This document shows, piece by piece, positions 44,534 through 52,777 of a stretch of 64,000 bases of DNA (positions are counted from its first letter, which is position 1; every line of letters starts with the position of its first letter). The notes below the pieces were generated by a model, which was not told the origin of the DNA, did no database searches, and saw nothing but the letters and a program-made list of their open reading frames with translations. The translations under genes were made by a program, and so were the position numbers. The DNA is from an uncultured Gemmataceae bacterium (GTDB taxonomy: Bacteria > Planctomycetota > Planctomycetia > Gemmatales > Gemmataceae), in the NCBI GenBank assembly GCA_963750165.1, contig CAVVPN010000004.1, positions 544,001 to 608,000 of the forward strand, in the 5' to 3' direction.

Positions 44534-45529
44534 ATGACCGCCAAACCCAAGGTCTTTGTTACGCGCATCCTGCCCGCCGTCGGCCTGGACCGCATCCAGG
44601 CGGCCTGCGACGCCGACATCTGGCCCGAACCGCTGCCGCCGCCGGCCGACGTGCTCCGCCGCAAGGTCGCCGACTGCGACGGCCTCGTGGCGCTGCTGAC
44701 CGACCGCATCGACGGCTCGCTGCTGGACGCGGCGCCGCGACTCAAGGTCGTGAGCAACTACGCGGTCGGCTTCAACAACATCGACGTGGCGGCGGCGACG
44801 CAGCGCGGCGTCGCGGTCGGCAACACGCCCGGCGTGCTCACCGACGCCACCGCGGACATGGCCTTCTGTCTGCTCATCGGCGCCGCCCGCCGTCTGGTCG
44901 AGGGCCACCAGTACACGCTCTCGGGGCAATGGAAAACCTGGGAGCCGCTGGGCCATCTGGGTCAGGATCTGGCCGGGCGCACAGTCGGCGTCGTCGGCAT
45001 GGGCCGCATTGGTTTCGCCTTCGCGAAGCGCTGCCGGTTCGGCTGGGACATGCGCGTTCTCTACCACGACGTGCAGCCGAACGCCCACGCCGAGCAGGAA
45101 CTGGGGGCGCGCCTGGTGGACATGGACACGCTGCTGCGCGAATCGGACTTTGTGTCACTGCACGCAAACCTGAACGAGAAGACGCGCGGCCTGCTGGGCG
45201 CGGCGCAGTTTCAGAAGATGAAGCGGAGCGCCATCCTCATCAACACGGCGCGCGGCCCCCTGGTAGATCAGCGGGCGCTGGCGGAGGCGCTGCGGACGGG
45301 CACGATTTTCGCGGCGGGCCTGGACGTGACCGACCCGGAGCCGCCAGCGGCGGACGACCCACTGCTGCGGCTGCCGAACATCATCGTGGCGCCGCACATC
45401 GCCAGCGCCACGGTGCAGACGCGCGACGCCATGGCGGCGATCTGCGCGAACAACCTGATCGCGGGGGTGACGGGCCAGAAACTGCCGGCGTGGGTGAACC
45501 CCGAGGTGGAGGGGCGCCAGCGGAAATAA
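44534..45529 (+). CDS. D-isomer 2-hydroxyacid dehydrogenase (glyoxylate reductase-like)
   Basis: AVGFNNID, NTPGVLTDATAD, GMGRIG, INTARG, GLDVTDPEP, PHIAS. Confidence 0.93.
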   Translation: MTAKPKVFVTRILPAVGLDRIQAACDADIWPEPLPPPADVLRRKVADCDGLVALLTDRIDGSLLDAAPRLKVVSNYAVGFNNIDVAAATQRGVAVGNTPGVLTDATADMAFCLLIGAARRLVEGHQYTLSGQWKTWEPLGHLGQDLAGRTVGVVGMGRIGFAFAKRCRFGWDMRVLYHDVQPNAHAEQELGARLVDMDTLLRESDFVSLHANLNEKTRGLLGAAQFQKMKRSAILINTARGPLVDQRALAEALRTGTIFAAGLDVTDPEPPAADDPLLRLPNIIVAPHIASATVQTRDAMAAICANNLIAGVTGQKLPAWVNPEVEGRQRK

Positions 45530-45602
45530 AAGACGAATCACGAAAACACGAAAAAGACCATAAATGAATTGGTCTTTTTCGTGTTTTCGTGATTCGTCTT
45601 TT
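45528..45602. terminator. 33-bp perfect inverted repeat between convergent genes (bidirectional terminator or REP)
   Basis: aaaagacgaatcacgaaaacacgaaaaagacca / tggtctttttcgtgttttcgtgattcgtctttt. Confidence 0.8.
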
Positions 45603-45603
45603 T

Positions 45604-47112
45604 TCACTTCGCGACTGCGCTGGCGCGGCCGTTGTGGCCGGCGTTGCAGCCCCACATCGCCCAACCGTCGTCGCGGTCGTCGCCGGTCGGGAAGCAGTAC
45701 AGGCCGCCCGTGTTCGTCGAGACGTAGACGTGGCCGCGCGCCACCGCCGGCTGGAACAGGATCGGCTCGCCGACCGTCACCGTCCACAGCACCGCGCCCG
45801 TCGCCGCCGACAGACAGACCACCACGCCGCGGCTGGTGCCCACGAACATCTTGCCGTTGACAATGGCCGGCGGCGTTACGGCGCTATCGACCAGCGGCCC
45901 CTTGTCCTTCGCGGCGAGCGTCAGCTGCTTCTTCCACAGCACCTTCTCCGTCTTCGGATCGACGCACTTGACCGTGTCGCCCATGGCGCTGTACAGGCGG
46001 TCGTTATAGATGAACGGTCGCGATCCCTGGTACGACCAGACGCCATTGACTGTGCTCTGGCCGAGGTTGCCCATCGCCTGGTGCAACTTGCCGTCCGTCG
46101 GCGCCGCCCCGAAACCGACGCCCTTGTCGTTGGCCTTGTACATCGCCTCCTGCTTCGAGTACAGGGCGCGCTTGCCGTGGTCGAGGTAGTCGGCGGGGCG
46201 GCGGGTGTCGGCCACGTCCTTGCCCTTTTCCCCCTTGCCGGTGCCGCGGTACGACAGCATCTCGACCTGCTGCTTGACCTCCTTGCCGTTTTTATCCTTC
46301 GTGGTGACCGCCTCGCGGCGGCTGAAGTAGACCTGGTTGCCACACACCGCCGGCGACGATGTGGCGTTTTTCTTCTCCTGCCAGCTCAGTTCGCCGTCGC
46401 CACTGCCGAAGCAGTACATCGTCCCTTCCAGCGTGGACAGGTAGAGCTTCTCGCCGCTGATGACCGGCGCGGTGATGATCTCGCCGGCGATGGGCCGCTT
46501 CCACAGTTCGTTGCCGTTCTTGATGTCGAAGCAGGCGAGGTAGTGCTTGCGGTCGCCCTTGCTGTTGGGGTAGCACATGAAAACCCGGCCGCGGTCGATG
46601 GCCGGCATGCTCATGAGCGGGTCGCCCAGCCATTTCTTCCAGATGCGCTTGCCGTCCACGGTCAGGATTTCCAGTTCGCAGCTCTCGGTGTTGAAGGCGA
46701 CGTAACCGCCCTCGACGACCGCCGCGGTGGGGCCGTCGTCGCCGGTGCGGTAGACCCACAGCTTCTTGCCGGTTTTGGCGTCGAAGGCATAAAACTCATG
46801 GCTGCCGAAGCCGCCGCCGATGAAGACCTTGCCGTCCACGACGGCCGGCGTCGCCAGCGGGCGATTACCGGGAATGACCACTTTCCAGCCCTGCTTGCCT
46901 TCCTTGCTCTTGAACGCCACCGGCGGCCCAACCTCGGGCGCCTGGGCGCGGCCCTTCTGGTTGAGGGCGTTGTCCTTGCCGGCCTTTCCCTGGGGGTCGT
47001 AGAGTTGCCCCTTGGCGGGCTTCTGGCCCCCTTCGTTGAGCTGCTGCAGTGCGGCCGACGGCACGGCGGCGGTGAAGGCGAGAACGCCCAGGGCCAAGAG
47101 GGTGTGTTTCAT
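45604..47112 (-). CDS. Secreted PQQ-like beta-propeller protein
   Basis: Signal peptide; PLATPAV, GGGFGSHEFYA, FNTESCELE, WLGDPLMSMPA; AGGAG RBS. Confidence 0.85.
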   Translation of the reverse strand: MKHTLLALGVLAFTAAVPSAALQQLNEGGQKPAKGQLYDPQGKAGKDNALNQKGRAQAPEVGPPVAFKSKEGKQGWKVVIPGNRPLATPAVVDGKVFIGGGFGSHEFYAFDAKTGKKLWVYRTGDDGPTAAVVEGGYVAFNTESCELEILTVDGKRIWKKWLGDPLMSMPAIDRGRVFMCYPNSKGDRKHYLACFDIKNGNELWKRPIAGEIITAPVISGEKLYLSTLEGTMYCFGSGDGELSWQEKKNATSSPAVCGNQVYFSRREAVTTKDKNGKEVKQQVEMLSYRGTGKGEKGKDVADTRRPADYLDHGKRALYSKQEAMYKANDKGVGFGAAPTDGKLHQAMGNLGQSTVNGVWSYQGSRPFIYNDRLYSAMGDTVKCVDPKTEKVLWKKQLTLAAKDKGPLVDSAVTPPAIVNGKMFVGTSRGVVVCLSAATGAVLWTVTVGEPILFQPAVARGHVYVSTNTGGLYCFPTGDDRDDGWAMWGCNAGHNGRASAVAK

Positions 47113-47239
47113 GTCTTGTCTCCTGGTTAAAACCGTACGTTGGCACCGCGATCTCAAGGGTACGTGGACATTCTACCCGGCGGCGGGGGCAAATGCTGTA
47201 ACAGGGTCGTAACTTCCAGGAAGCGCGGCCGCTGCCCAC

Positions 47240-48673
47240 TCACACCATCACCGGCACCGCGCTATCGGCCGGCGTCTGCAGCCCGTTGTGTGCCGGGCCG
47301 CCGCCCCACATCCGCCAGCCGTCGTCCGCCGGGTCGCCCGTTTCCAGGCAAAACAGGCTGCCGCGCTGCGTCGAAGCGTATACGCGGCCGTCCGCCACGG
47401 CCGGCTGGAAGATGACCGGCTCGCCCAGGTCCGCGCGCCAGAGCACGTCGCCGGAGTGGGCCGCCAGGCACAGCACCTGGCCGTAGGTGGTGCCCAGGAA
47501 GATTTTGCCGTTGACCAGCGCCGGCGGCGTCAGCACGCTGTCGAGCACGGCGTCCGTGTCCAGGCCGTCGGCCGGCAGCGGCCGCTTCCACAGCACCGCC
47601 TCGCTGACCGGTTCGAGGCACTGCAACACGGCACCCAGCGCGGCGTACAGCCGGCCGTGCGCCGCGAACGGCTTGGAGCCCTGGTACGCCCAGAGGCCGG
47701 CCACGGTGCCATGCCCCAGGTTACCGTGGGCCTGCTCCATCTTGGAGTCGCCCTTGGCGAACGTGAACCCCACCGCGCCGTCGTGCTGCTCGTACAGTGC
47801 TTCCATCTTGGAGTGCGTCTTGCGCACCTTGTAATCGAGCCAGTCCGCCCGCTCCGTGCTGGCGTTGTAATCCTGGCTGTCGGCCGCGGTGGCACCGCGC
47901 CGGGCCATTTTTTCGGTCTGATAAGCCATGCCTCTGGCCGCCTGGTTGAGCGTGACCTCCTCGCGGCGGCTGAAGTAGCACTCGTGGTTCCAGACCACCG
48001 GCGACGACGTGGCGTTCTTCGCCTCGCGCCACAGCGGCTGGCCGTCCGCCTGACGGAAGCAGTACAGGCTGCCTTCCAGGGTGGCCAGGTAGACGTTGTC
48101 GTCGGCCAGCACCGGGGCGGTAATGATCTCGCCGGCGAGCGGTTGCCGCCAGTGTTCGTGACCGGTCCGCAGGTCGAAGCAGGCGAGATAGTGCTGCCGA
48201 TCCCCCTGGCTGTTCGGGAACGCCTGGAAGACGCGGCCGCCGCCGAGCGCCGGCATGCTCATGAGCGGGTCGCCGAGCCACTTCTTCCAGACCGGCACGC
48301 CCGCGGTGGTGAGCACCTCCAGTTCGCAGCTCTCGGTGTTGAACGCGACCAGTTCGTCCAGCACGACCGCGGCGGTGGGGCCGTCGTCCTTGGTGTGATA
48401 CCACCACGCCAGCCGGCCGGTGTCGGCGTCGAGAGCGTAAAACTCGTGGCTGCCGAAGCCGCCGCCGAGGAAGATGCGACCGCCCACGACCGCCGGCGTC
48501 GCCAGCGGCCGGTGGCCGGGGATGCGGGTTTTCCAGCCGGAAATCCGGGCGTCCGCGCTGCGGTAAGGAACAGGCTCGGGGAATTGCATGGCGACCTCTC
48601 TAAAAAATGAGGGGGGAAGGGATGCATTCTGCGTTGCCGAGAACGGGGGCGCGAGACGAGCGCTCTGGCTCAT
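47240..48673 (-). CDS. PQQ-like beta-propeller protein, paralog lacking a signal peptide (start may be 48589)
   Basis: Same motifs as 45604-47112 and collinear with it. Confidence 0.85.
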   Translation of the reverse strand: MSQSARLAPPFSATQNASLPPSFFREVAMQFPEPVPYRSADARISGWKTRIPGHRPLATPAVVGGRIFLGGGFGSHEFYALDADTGRLAWWYHTKDDGPTAAVVLDELVAFNTESCELEVLTTAGVPVWKKWLGDPLMSMPALGGGRVFQAFPNSQGDRQHYLACFDLRTGHEHWRQPLAGEIITAPVLADDNVYLATLEGSLYCFRQADGQPLWREAKNATSSPVVWNHECYFSRREEVTLNQAARGMAYQTEKMARRGATAADSQDYNASTERADWLDYKVRKTHSKMEALYEQHDGAVGFTFAKGDSKMEQAHGNLGHGTVAGLWAYQGSKPFAAHGRLYAALGAVLQCLEPVSEAVLWKRPLPADGLDTDAVLDSVLTPPALVNGKIFLGTTYGQVLCLAAHSGDVLWRADLGEPVIFQPAVADGRVYASTQRGSLFCLETGDPADDGWRMWGGGPAHNGLQTPADSAVPVMV

Positions 48674-48740
48674 TATTCGGGATCGGGAAAAGTGGACGAG
48701 CGTGCGCCTCACGGGTCGTGATCCTCAAGGGAGATGACCA

Positions 48741-49478
48741 ATGTCCGAGCGTTATTATATGGAAACGCCGCTGGGCCTGGGGCCACTGACGCTGGACGGG
48801 CCGGAGGCGCACCACCTGGCGACGGTGTGTCGGCTACGGCCCGGCGACGCGGTGTGCCTGTTCAACGGCGACGGCCACGAATACGAGGCCCGCGTCGTCG
48901 CCGCGGCAAAGCGTCAGGTGGAACTGGAGGTGACCGCCCGGCACCGCCCCGAGCGTGAGCTGCCGTTCGTGCTGCGCGTGGCGGCGCCGGTGCCGAAGGG
49001 CGATCGCGCTCAATTTTTGCTGGAAAAGTTGACCGAACTGGGCGTCACAGAGTTTGTGCCGTTGCGGACGCGGCGGAGCGTGGTGCATCCGCGCGAAACG
49101 AAGCTCGACAAGCTCGAACGTTATGTCATCGAGGCGAGCAAGCAGTGCGGTCGCAACGTGCTGATGCGGGTCGCGCCGCTGGTGGACTGGGCGGACTTCT
49201 GCCGCCGCAGTGACCTGGGCGCGTTGCGCATCGTCGCCCACCCTGGACTGTCGTCGTACGCGGGGCTTCCCTCGGAGTACAACGAAGTGATGGTGGCGGT
49301 CGGACCGGAGGGCGGCTTCACGGACGAGGAAATTGCTGACGCACGGACGGTGGGGTGGCGGGTTTTGGACCTGGGGCCGCGGCTGCTGCGCGTGGAGACC
49401 GCGGCGCTGGCGCTGGCGGCGTGGACGGTGGCGGCGCTGGCGCGACCGACGGCGGCGGAACTGCTGGGCTCAGCGTAG
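48741..49478 (+). CDS. rsmE: 16S rRNA m3U1498 methyltransferase
   Basis: [43 protein letters not shown]. Confidence 0.95.
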   Translation: MSERYYMETPLGLGPLTLDGPEAHHLATVCRLRPGDAVCLFNGDGHEYEARVVAAAKRQVELEVTARHRPERELPFVLRVAAPVPKGDRAQFLLEKLTELGVTEFVPLRTRRSVVHPRETKLDKLERYVIEASKQCGRNVLMRVAPLVDWADFCRRSDLGALRIVAHPGLSSYAGLPSEYNEVMVAVGPEGGFTDEEIADARTVGWRVLDLGPRLLRVETAALALAAWTVAALARPTAAELLGSA

Positions 49479-50449
49479 CCACTGCGCCACGTCGCGCGCG
49501 AAGTACGTCAGGATCATGTCGGCACCGGCCCGGCGGATGCTGGTGAGGATTTCCAGGGCGACGCGACGCTCGTCGATCCAGCCGCGCTGGGCAGCGGCCT
49601 TGACCATCGCGAACTCGCCGCTGACGTTGTACGCCGCCACCGGCACGCCAAAGCGCTCCTTCACGCGCCGGATAATATCCAGGTACGACAGCGCCGGCTT
49701 GACCATGAGGATGTCGGCGCCCTCCTCGATGTCCAGCGCCACCTCGCGCAGCGCCTCGTCGGTGTTACCGGGGTCCATCTGGTAGCCGCTGCGGTCGCCG
49801 AACTGCGGCGGGGACTCGGCCGCGTCGCGGAATGGGCCGTAGAAGCCCGAGGCGTACTTGGCCGCGTAGCTCATGACCGGCAGGTGACTGAAGCCGGCCT
49901 CGTCCAGGCCCTTGCGGATGGCGCCGACCATGCCGTCCATCATGCCGCTGGGCGCCACCACATCGGCACCAGCGCGGGCGTGGCTGACGCACTGTTGCGC
50001 CAGCAGCGGCAGCGTCGCATCGTTGTCCACGTCGATGCGGCCGCCGATCTCACGCAGCGGGCCGCAGTGGCCGTGGTCGGTGTACTCGCAGAAGCATTCG
50101 TCGGTGATGAGCAGCGCGTCCGGGAACGCCGGCCGCAGCGCCGCAGCGCCTGCTGCACAATGCCGTCGTCGTCGCAAGCGCTGGCGCCGACCGCGTCCTT
50201 GTGTGCCGGGATGCCGAACAGGATGAACGCCCGCACGCCCAGTTCGCTGGCGTCGCCGACCTCGTTCACCAGTGCATCGACGCTCAGCTGGTAATTGCCG
50301 GGCATCGACGCGATTTCCTTGCGGACGCCACGGCCCGGCCGCACGAACAGCGGCAGAATCAGGTCGCGGACGCTCAGCGTGGTTTCGCGCACCAGCTCGC
50401 GGAGGACAGGGTGTTGCCGCAGGCGGCGCGGGCGGGAGATGGGGAACAT
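49470..50449 (-). CDS. hemB: Porphobilinogen synthase (apparent frameshift near 50141)
   Basis: [53 protein letters not shown]; restoring one G joins the frames. Confidence 0.93.
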
Positions 50450-50468
50450 GGGACCGGGCCTTTCTCTC

Positions 50469-50533
50469 TGATCGTGGTGCAGGCGGCCCGCCTGCATGCC
50501 GATTCCGCAGGCGGGCCGCCTGCACCACGATCA
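50469..50533. repeat. Intergenic palindrome, 27-bp perfect inverted repeat
   Basis: tgatcgtggtgcaggcggcccgcctgc / gcaggcgggccgcctgcaccacgatca. Confidence 0.85.
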
Positions 50534-50534
50534 T

Positions 50535-51725
50535 TTACACTTTCTGCCCCAACGCCAGGTACGCCGCATTCGCCGCCGCCACGCCGGCGCCCGGCGTCAC
50601 GCCGACGCCCTGCGCCCGCAGGCACTGCTCCAGCGCCCCCAGACACAGCAGCACGCAGCTCGGCCGCGCGTTGTATCCCATCAAGCCAATCCGCCACGCC
50701 TTGCCACGGAACTCACCGAGACCACCGCCGACCTCGATGCCGAACTCACTCAGCAACTGCTTGCGCACCGTCAGGTCGTCCACGCCCGCCGGGATGCGCA
50801 CCGCGTTCAGCTGCGGCATCTGGCAGTGCTCCGCCGCCGTGTATTGCAGCCCCAGCGCTTGCAGGCCCGCCCGCAGCGCCAGGTGGTTGCGCCTGTGCCG
50901 CGCCCACCGCGCTTCGAGCCCCTCTTCGAGCACCAGCCGCAGCCCCTCGCGGATGGCGTAGTTCATCGTGATCGGCGCTGTGTGGTGGTAGTTGCGGTTC
51001 TCGCTCCAGTATTGCTGGATCGTGGACAGGTCCAGATACCAGCTCTGCACCTTCGTCTTGCGCTTGCCGACCGCCTCGACGGCGCGCGGGCTGAACGTCA
51101 CCGGCGACAGGCCGGGTGGGCAGCTCAGGCCCTTCTGCGAGCAGCTGTAGACGGCATCGAGCTGCCAGGCGTCCACGGCCAGCGGCACACAGCCGAGCGA
51201 CGTGACCGCATCGACGAGCAGCAGCGTGTCGAACTCGTGGCAGAGCGCCCCCAGCTGCTCCAGCGGTTGCAGCGCCCCGGTGGAGGTCTCGGCGTGGACG
51301 ATGCCGAGCACCTTCGGCCGCACTTTTTTCAGCGTGTCGCGGATGCGGTCCAGCTCGAACACCTGTCCCCAGGGCGCCTCCAGTACGGTCACCTCGGCGC
51401 CGGTGCGGCCGGCCACGTCGATCATGCGCTGGCCGAAAAAGCCCATCGCGCAAACGACCGCCCGGTCGCCGGGCTCCAGCAGGTTGACGAAGCAGGTCTC
51501 CATGCCGGCCATGCCGGTGGCGCTGACGGGGAAGGTCAGCGTGTTCCGCGTCTGGTACGCCTGCCGCAGCATTTCCTGGGTTTCGTTCATGATGGCCAGG
51601 AACTGCGGGTCGAGGTGGCCGAGCAGGGGTGTGGCCATCACCGTCAGCACGCGCGGGTGCGCGTCGCTGGGGCCGGGGCCGAGCAGCAGGCGGGGGGCGA
51701 CGTTCAGTTGGCCGGGAAGCGACAA
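50535..51725 (-). CDS. Alanine--glyoxylate aminotransferase family (class V PLP)
   Basis: LLGPGPS, VHAETSTG, VDAVTSLG, SCSQKGLSCPPG, YHHTAP, WRIGLMG. Confidence 0.93.
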   Translation of the reverse strand: MSLPGQLNVAPRLLLGPGPSDAHPRVLTVMATPLLGHLDPQFLAIMNETQEMLRQAYQTRNTLTFPVSATGMAGMETCFVNLLEPGDRAVVCAMGFFGQRMIDVAGRTGAEVTVLEAPWGQVFELDRIRDTLKKVRPKVLGIVHAETSTGALQPLEQLGALCHEFDTLLLVDAVTSLGCVPLAVDAWQLDAVYSCSQKGLSCPPGLSPVTFSPRAVEAVGKRKTKVQSWYLDLSTIQQYWSENRNYHHTAPITMNYAIREGLRLVLEEGLEARWARHRRNHLALRAGLQALGLQYTAAEHCQMPQLNAVRIPAGVDDLTVRKQLLSEFGIEVGGGLGEFRGKAWRIGLMGYNARPSCVLLCLGALEQCLRAQGVGVTPGAGVAAANAAYLALGQKV

Positions 51726-51742
51726 GGCAGGCTCCTTTCGTG

Positions 51743-51845
51743 TTAGTCATTAGTCATTAGTCATTAGTCATTAGTGATTCGGGTTCCAGTTCAGAACTAA
51801 ACTTATGCCCTGAACTGGGACCCGAATCACTAATGACTAATGACT
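51743..51845. repeat. Heptamer (TTAGTCA)n tandem repeat forming the arms of a palindrome
   Basis: ttagtca x4 + ttagtgattcgggttccagttcag ... ctgaactgggacccgaatcactaatgactaatgact. Confidence 0.85.
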
Positions 51846-51880
51846 GGAGCGGTTCGCAGACGACTGTAGCGGTCGTGTCT

Positions 51881-52087
51881 TTCGCCCCGAAGGGGTGGGA
51901 CAACTTAGCCCAGGGCAACGCCCTGGGAACCAGGGAGGCGACTGTTACTTTCTTCCGTGCCCTGAAGGGGCACCACAACAACGCTTGGGGTGCCCCTTCA
52001 GGGCACGGAAGAGAGAAGCGGGTGGGGTCGCATCGGCGTCCCCAGGGCGTTGCCCTGGGCTAAGTTGTCCCGCCCCTTCGGGGCGAA
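51881..52087. repeat. 207-bp multi-hairpin palindromic element (uninterrupted copy)
   Basis: ttcgccccgaaggggtgggacaacttagcccagggcaacgccctggg ... gccctgaaggggcac..gtgccccttcagggc ... cccagggcgttgccctgggctaagttgtcccgccccttcggggcgaa. Confidence 0.9.
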
Positions 52088-52116
52088 GAACCCGCGACAC
52101 CCGAACGCAACGCGCG

Positions 52117-52695
52117 CTAATGACTAATGACTGCCTCGGTTTTCATTCGCTGCTGAATCAGCTGGCTGGCGGGCTTGAACTGCGGGTGAGCCGCTGTGCT
52201 GAGCCACTCGAACAGCGTCGCCTCGGCGGTCGTCAGCACCGCGCCGGCGCGCTCCAGCCGGCGCAGGGCCACATCATGGTCGAGGCGGCCGCGCGCGGCC
52301 ACCGCGTCCACCGGCACGAAGACGCGATAGTCGCGGTTGAGCAGGTCCAGGACGGTTTGCAGGACGCAGACGTGCGTCTCCATGCCGGCCACCACGACGT
52401 TGCGCCGACCGCCGCGGGCCAGCGCTTCCATCACCGGCGCGGCGCCGCCGCAGCTGAACGTCACCTTGTCCGGCCGCTCCGGCAGGCGCCGGGCCAGTTC
52501 GGGCGTCGTCGGGCCGAGTCCCCTGGGATATTGTTCCGTGGCGAGCACCGGCACCTGCAGCAGGTTGGCCCCGTCAATCAGGAAGGCGACGTTGCGCACC
52601 AGGGCGTCGCGATCCGGGATCAGCGGCAGCAATTTTTCCTGCACGTCGATCACCAGCAACGTCGCGTCCCGGGCCGACATCTGCGGCGCGGCCAT
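52117..52695 (-). CDS. Isochorismatase-family hydrolase
   Basis: LLVIDVQEKL, TEQYPRGLG, KVTFSC, GMETHVCVLQT. Confidence 0.92.
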   Translation of the reverse strand: MAAPQMSARDATLLVIDVQEKLLPLIPDRDALVRNVAFLIDGANLLQVPVLATEQYPRGLGPTTPELARRLPERPDKVTFSCGGAAPVMEALARGGRRNVVVAGMETHVCVLQTVLDLLNRDYRVFVPVDAVAARGRLDHDVALRRLERAGAVLTTAEATLFEWLSTAAHPQFKPASQLIQQRMKTEAVISH

Positions 52696-52777
52696 GATTG
52701 CTCCTCGCGGCGAAAGCGGGCACCTTTCGGATGCTATCTGGCCCGCACGGCCGCGTCAAGCAATCGGGCCGCCGCGC

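Noticed and set aside
49470..50449. hemB, fur, Rrf2 and DUF1549/1553 as true pseudogenes or programmed frameshifts
   Set aside because: Each has a single 1-bp loss in the same context, no other decay and no slippery heptamer; sequencing error is more likely
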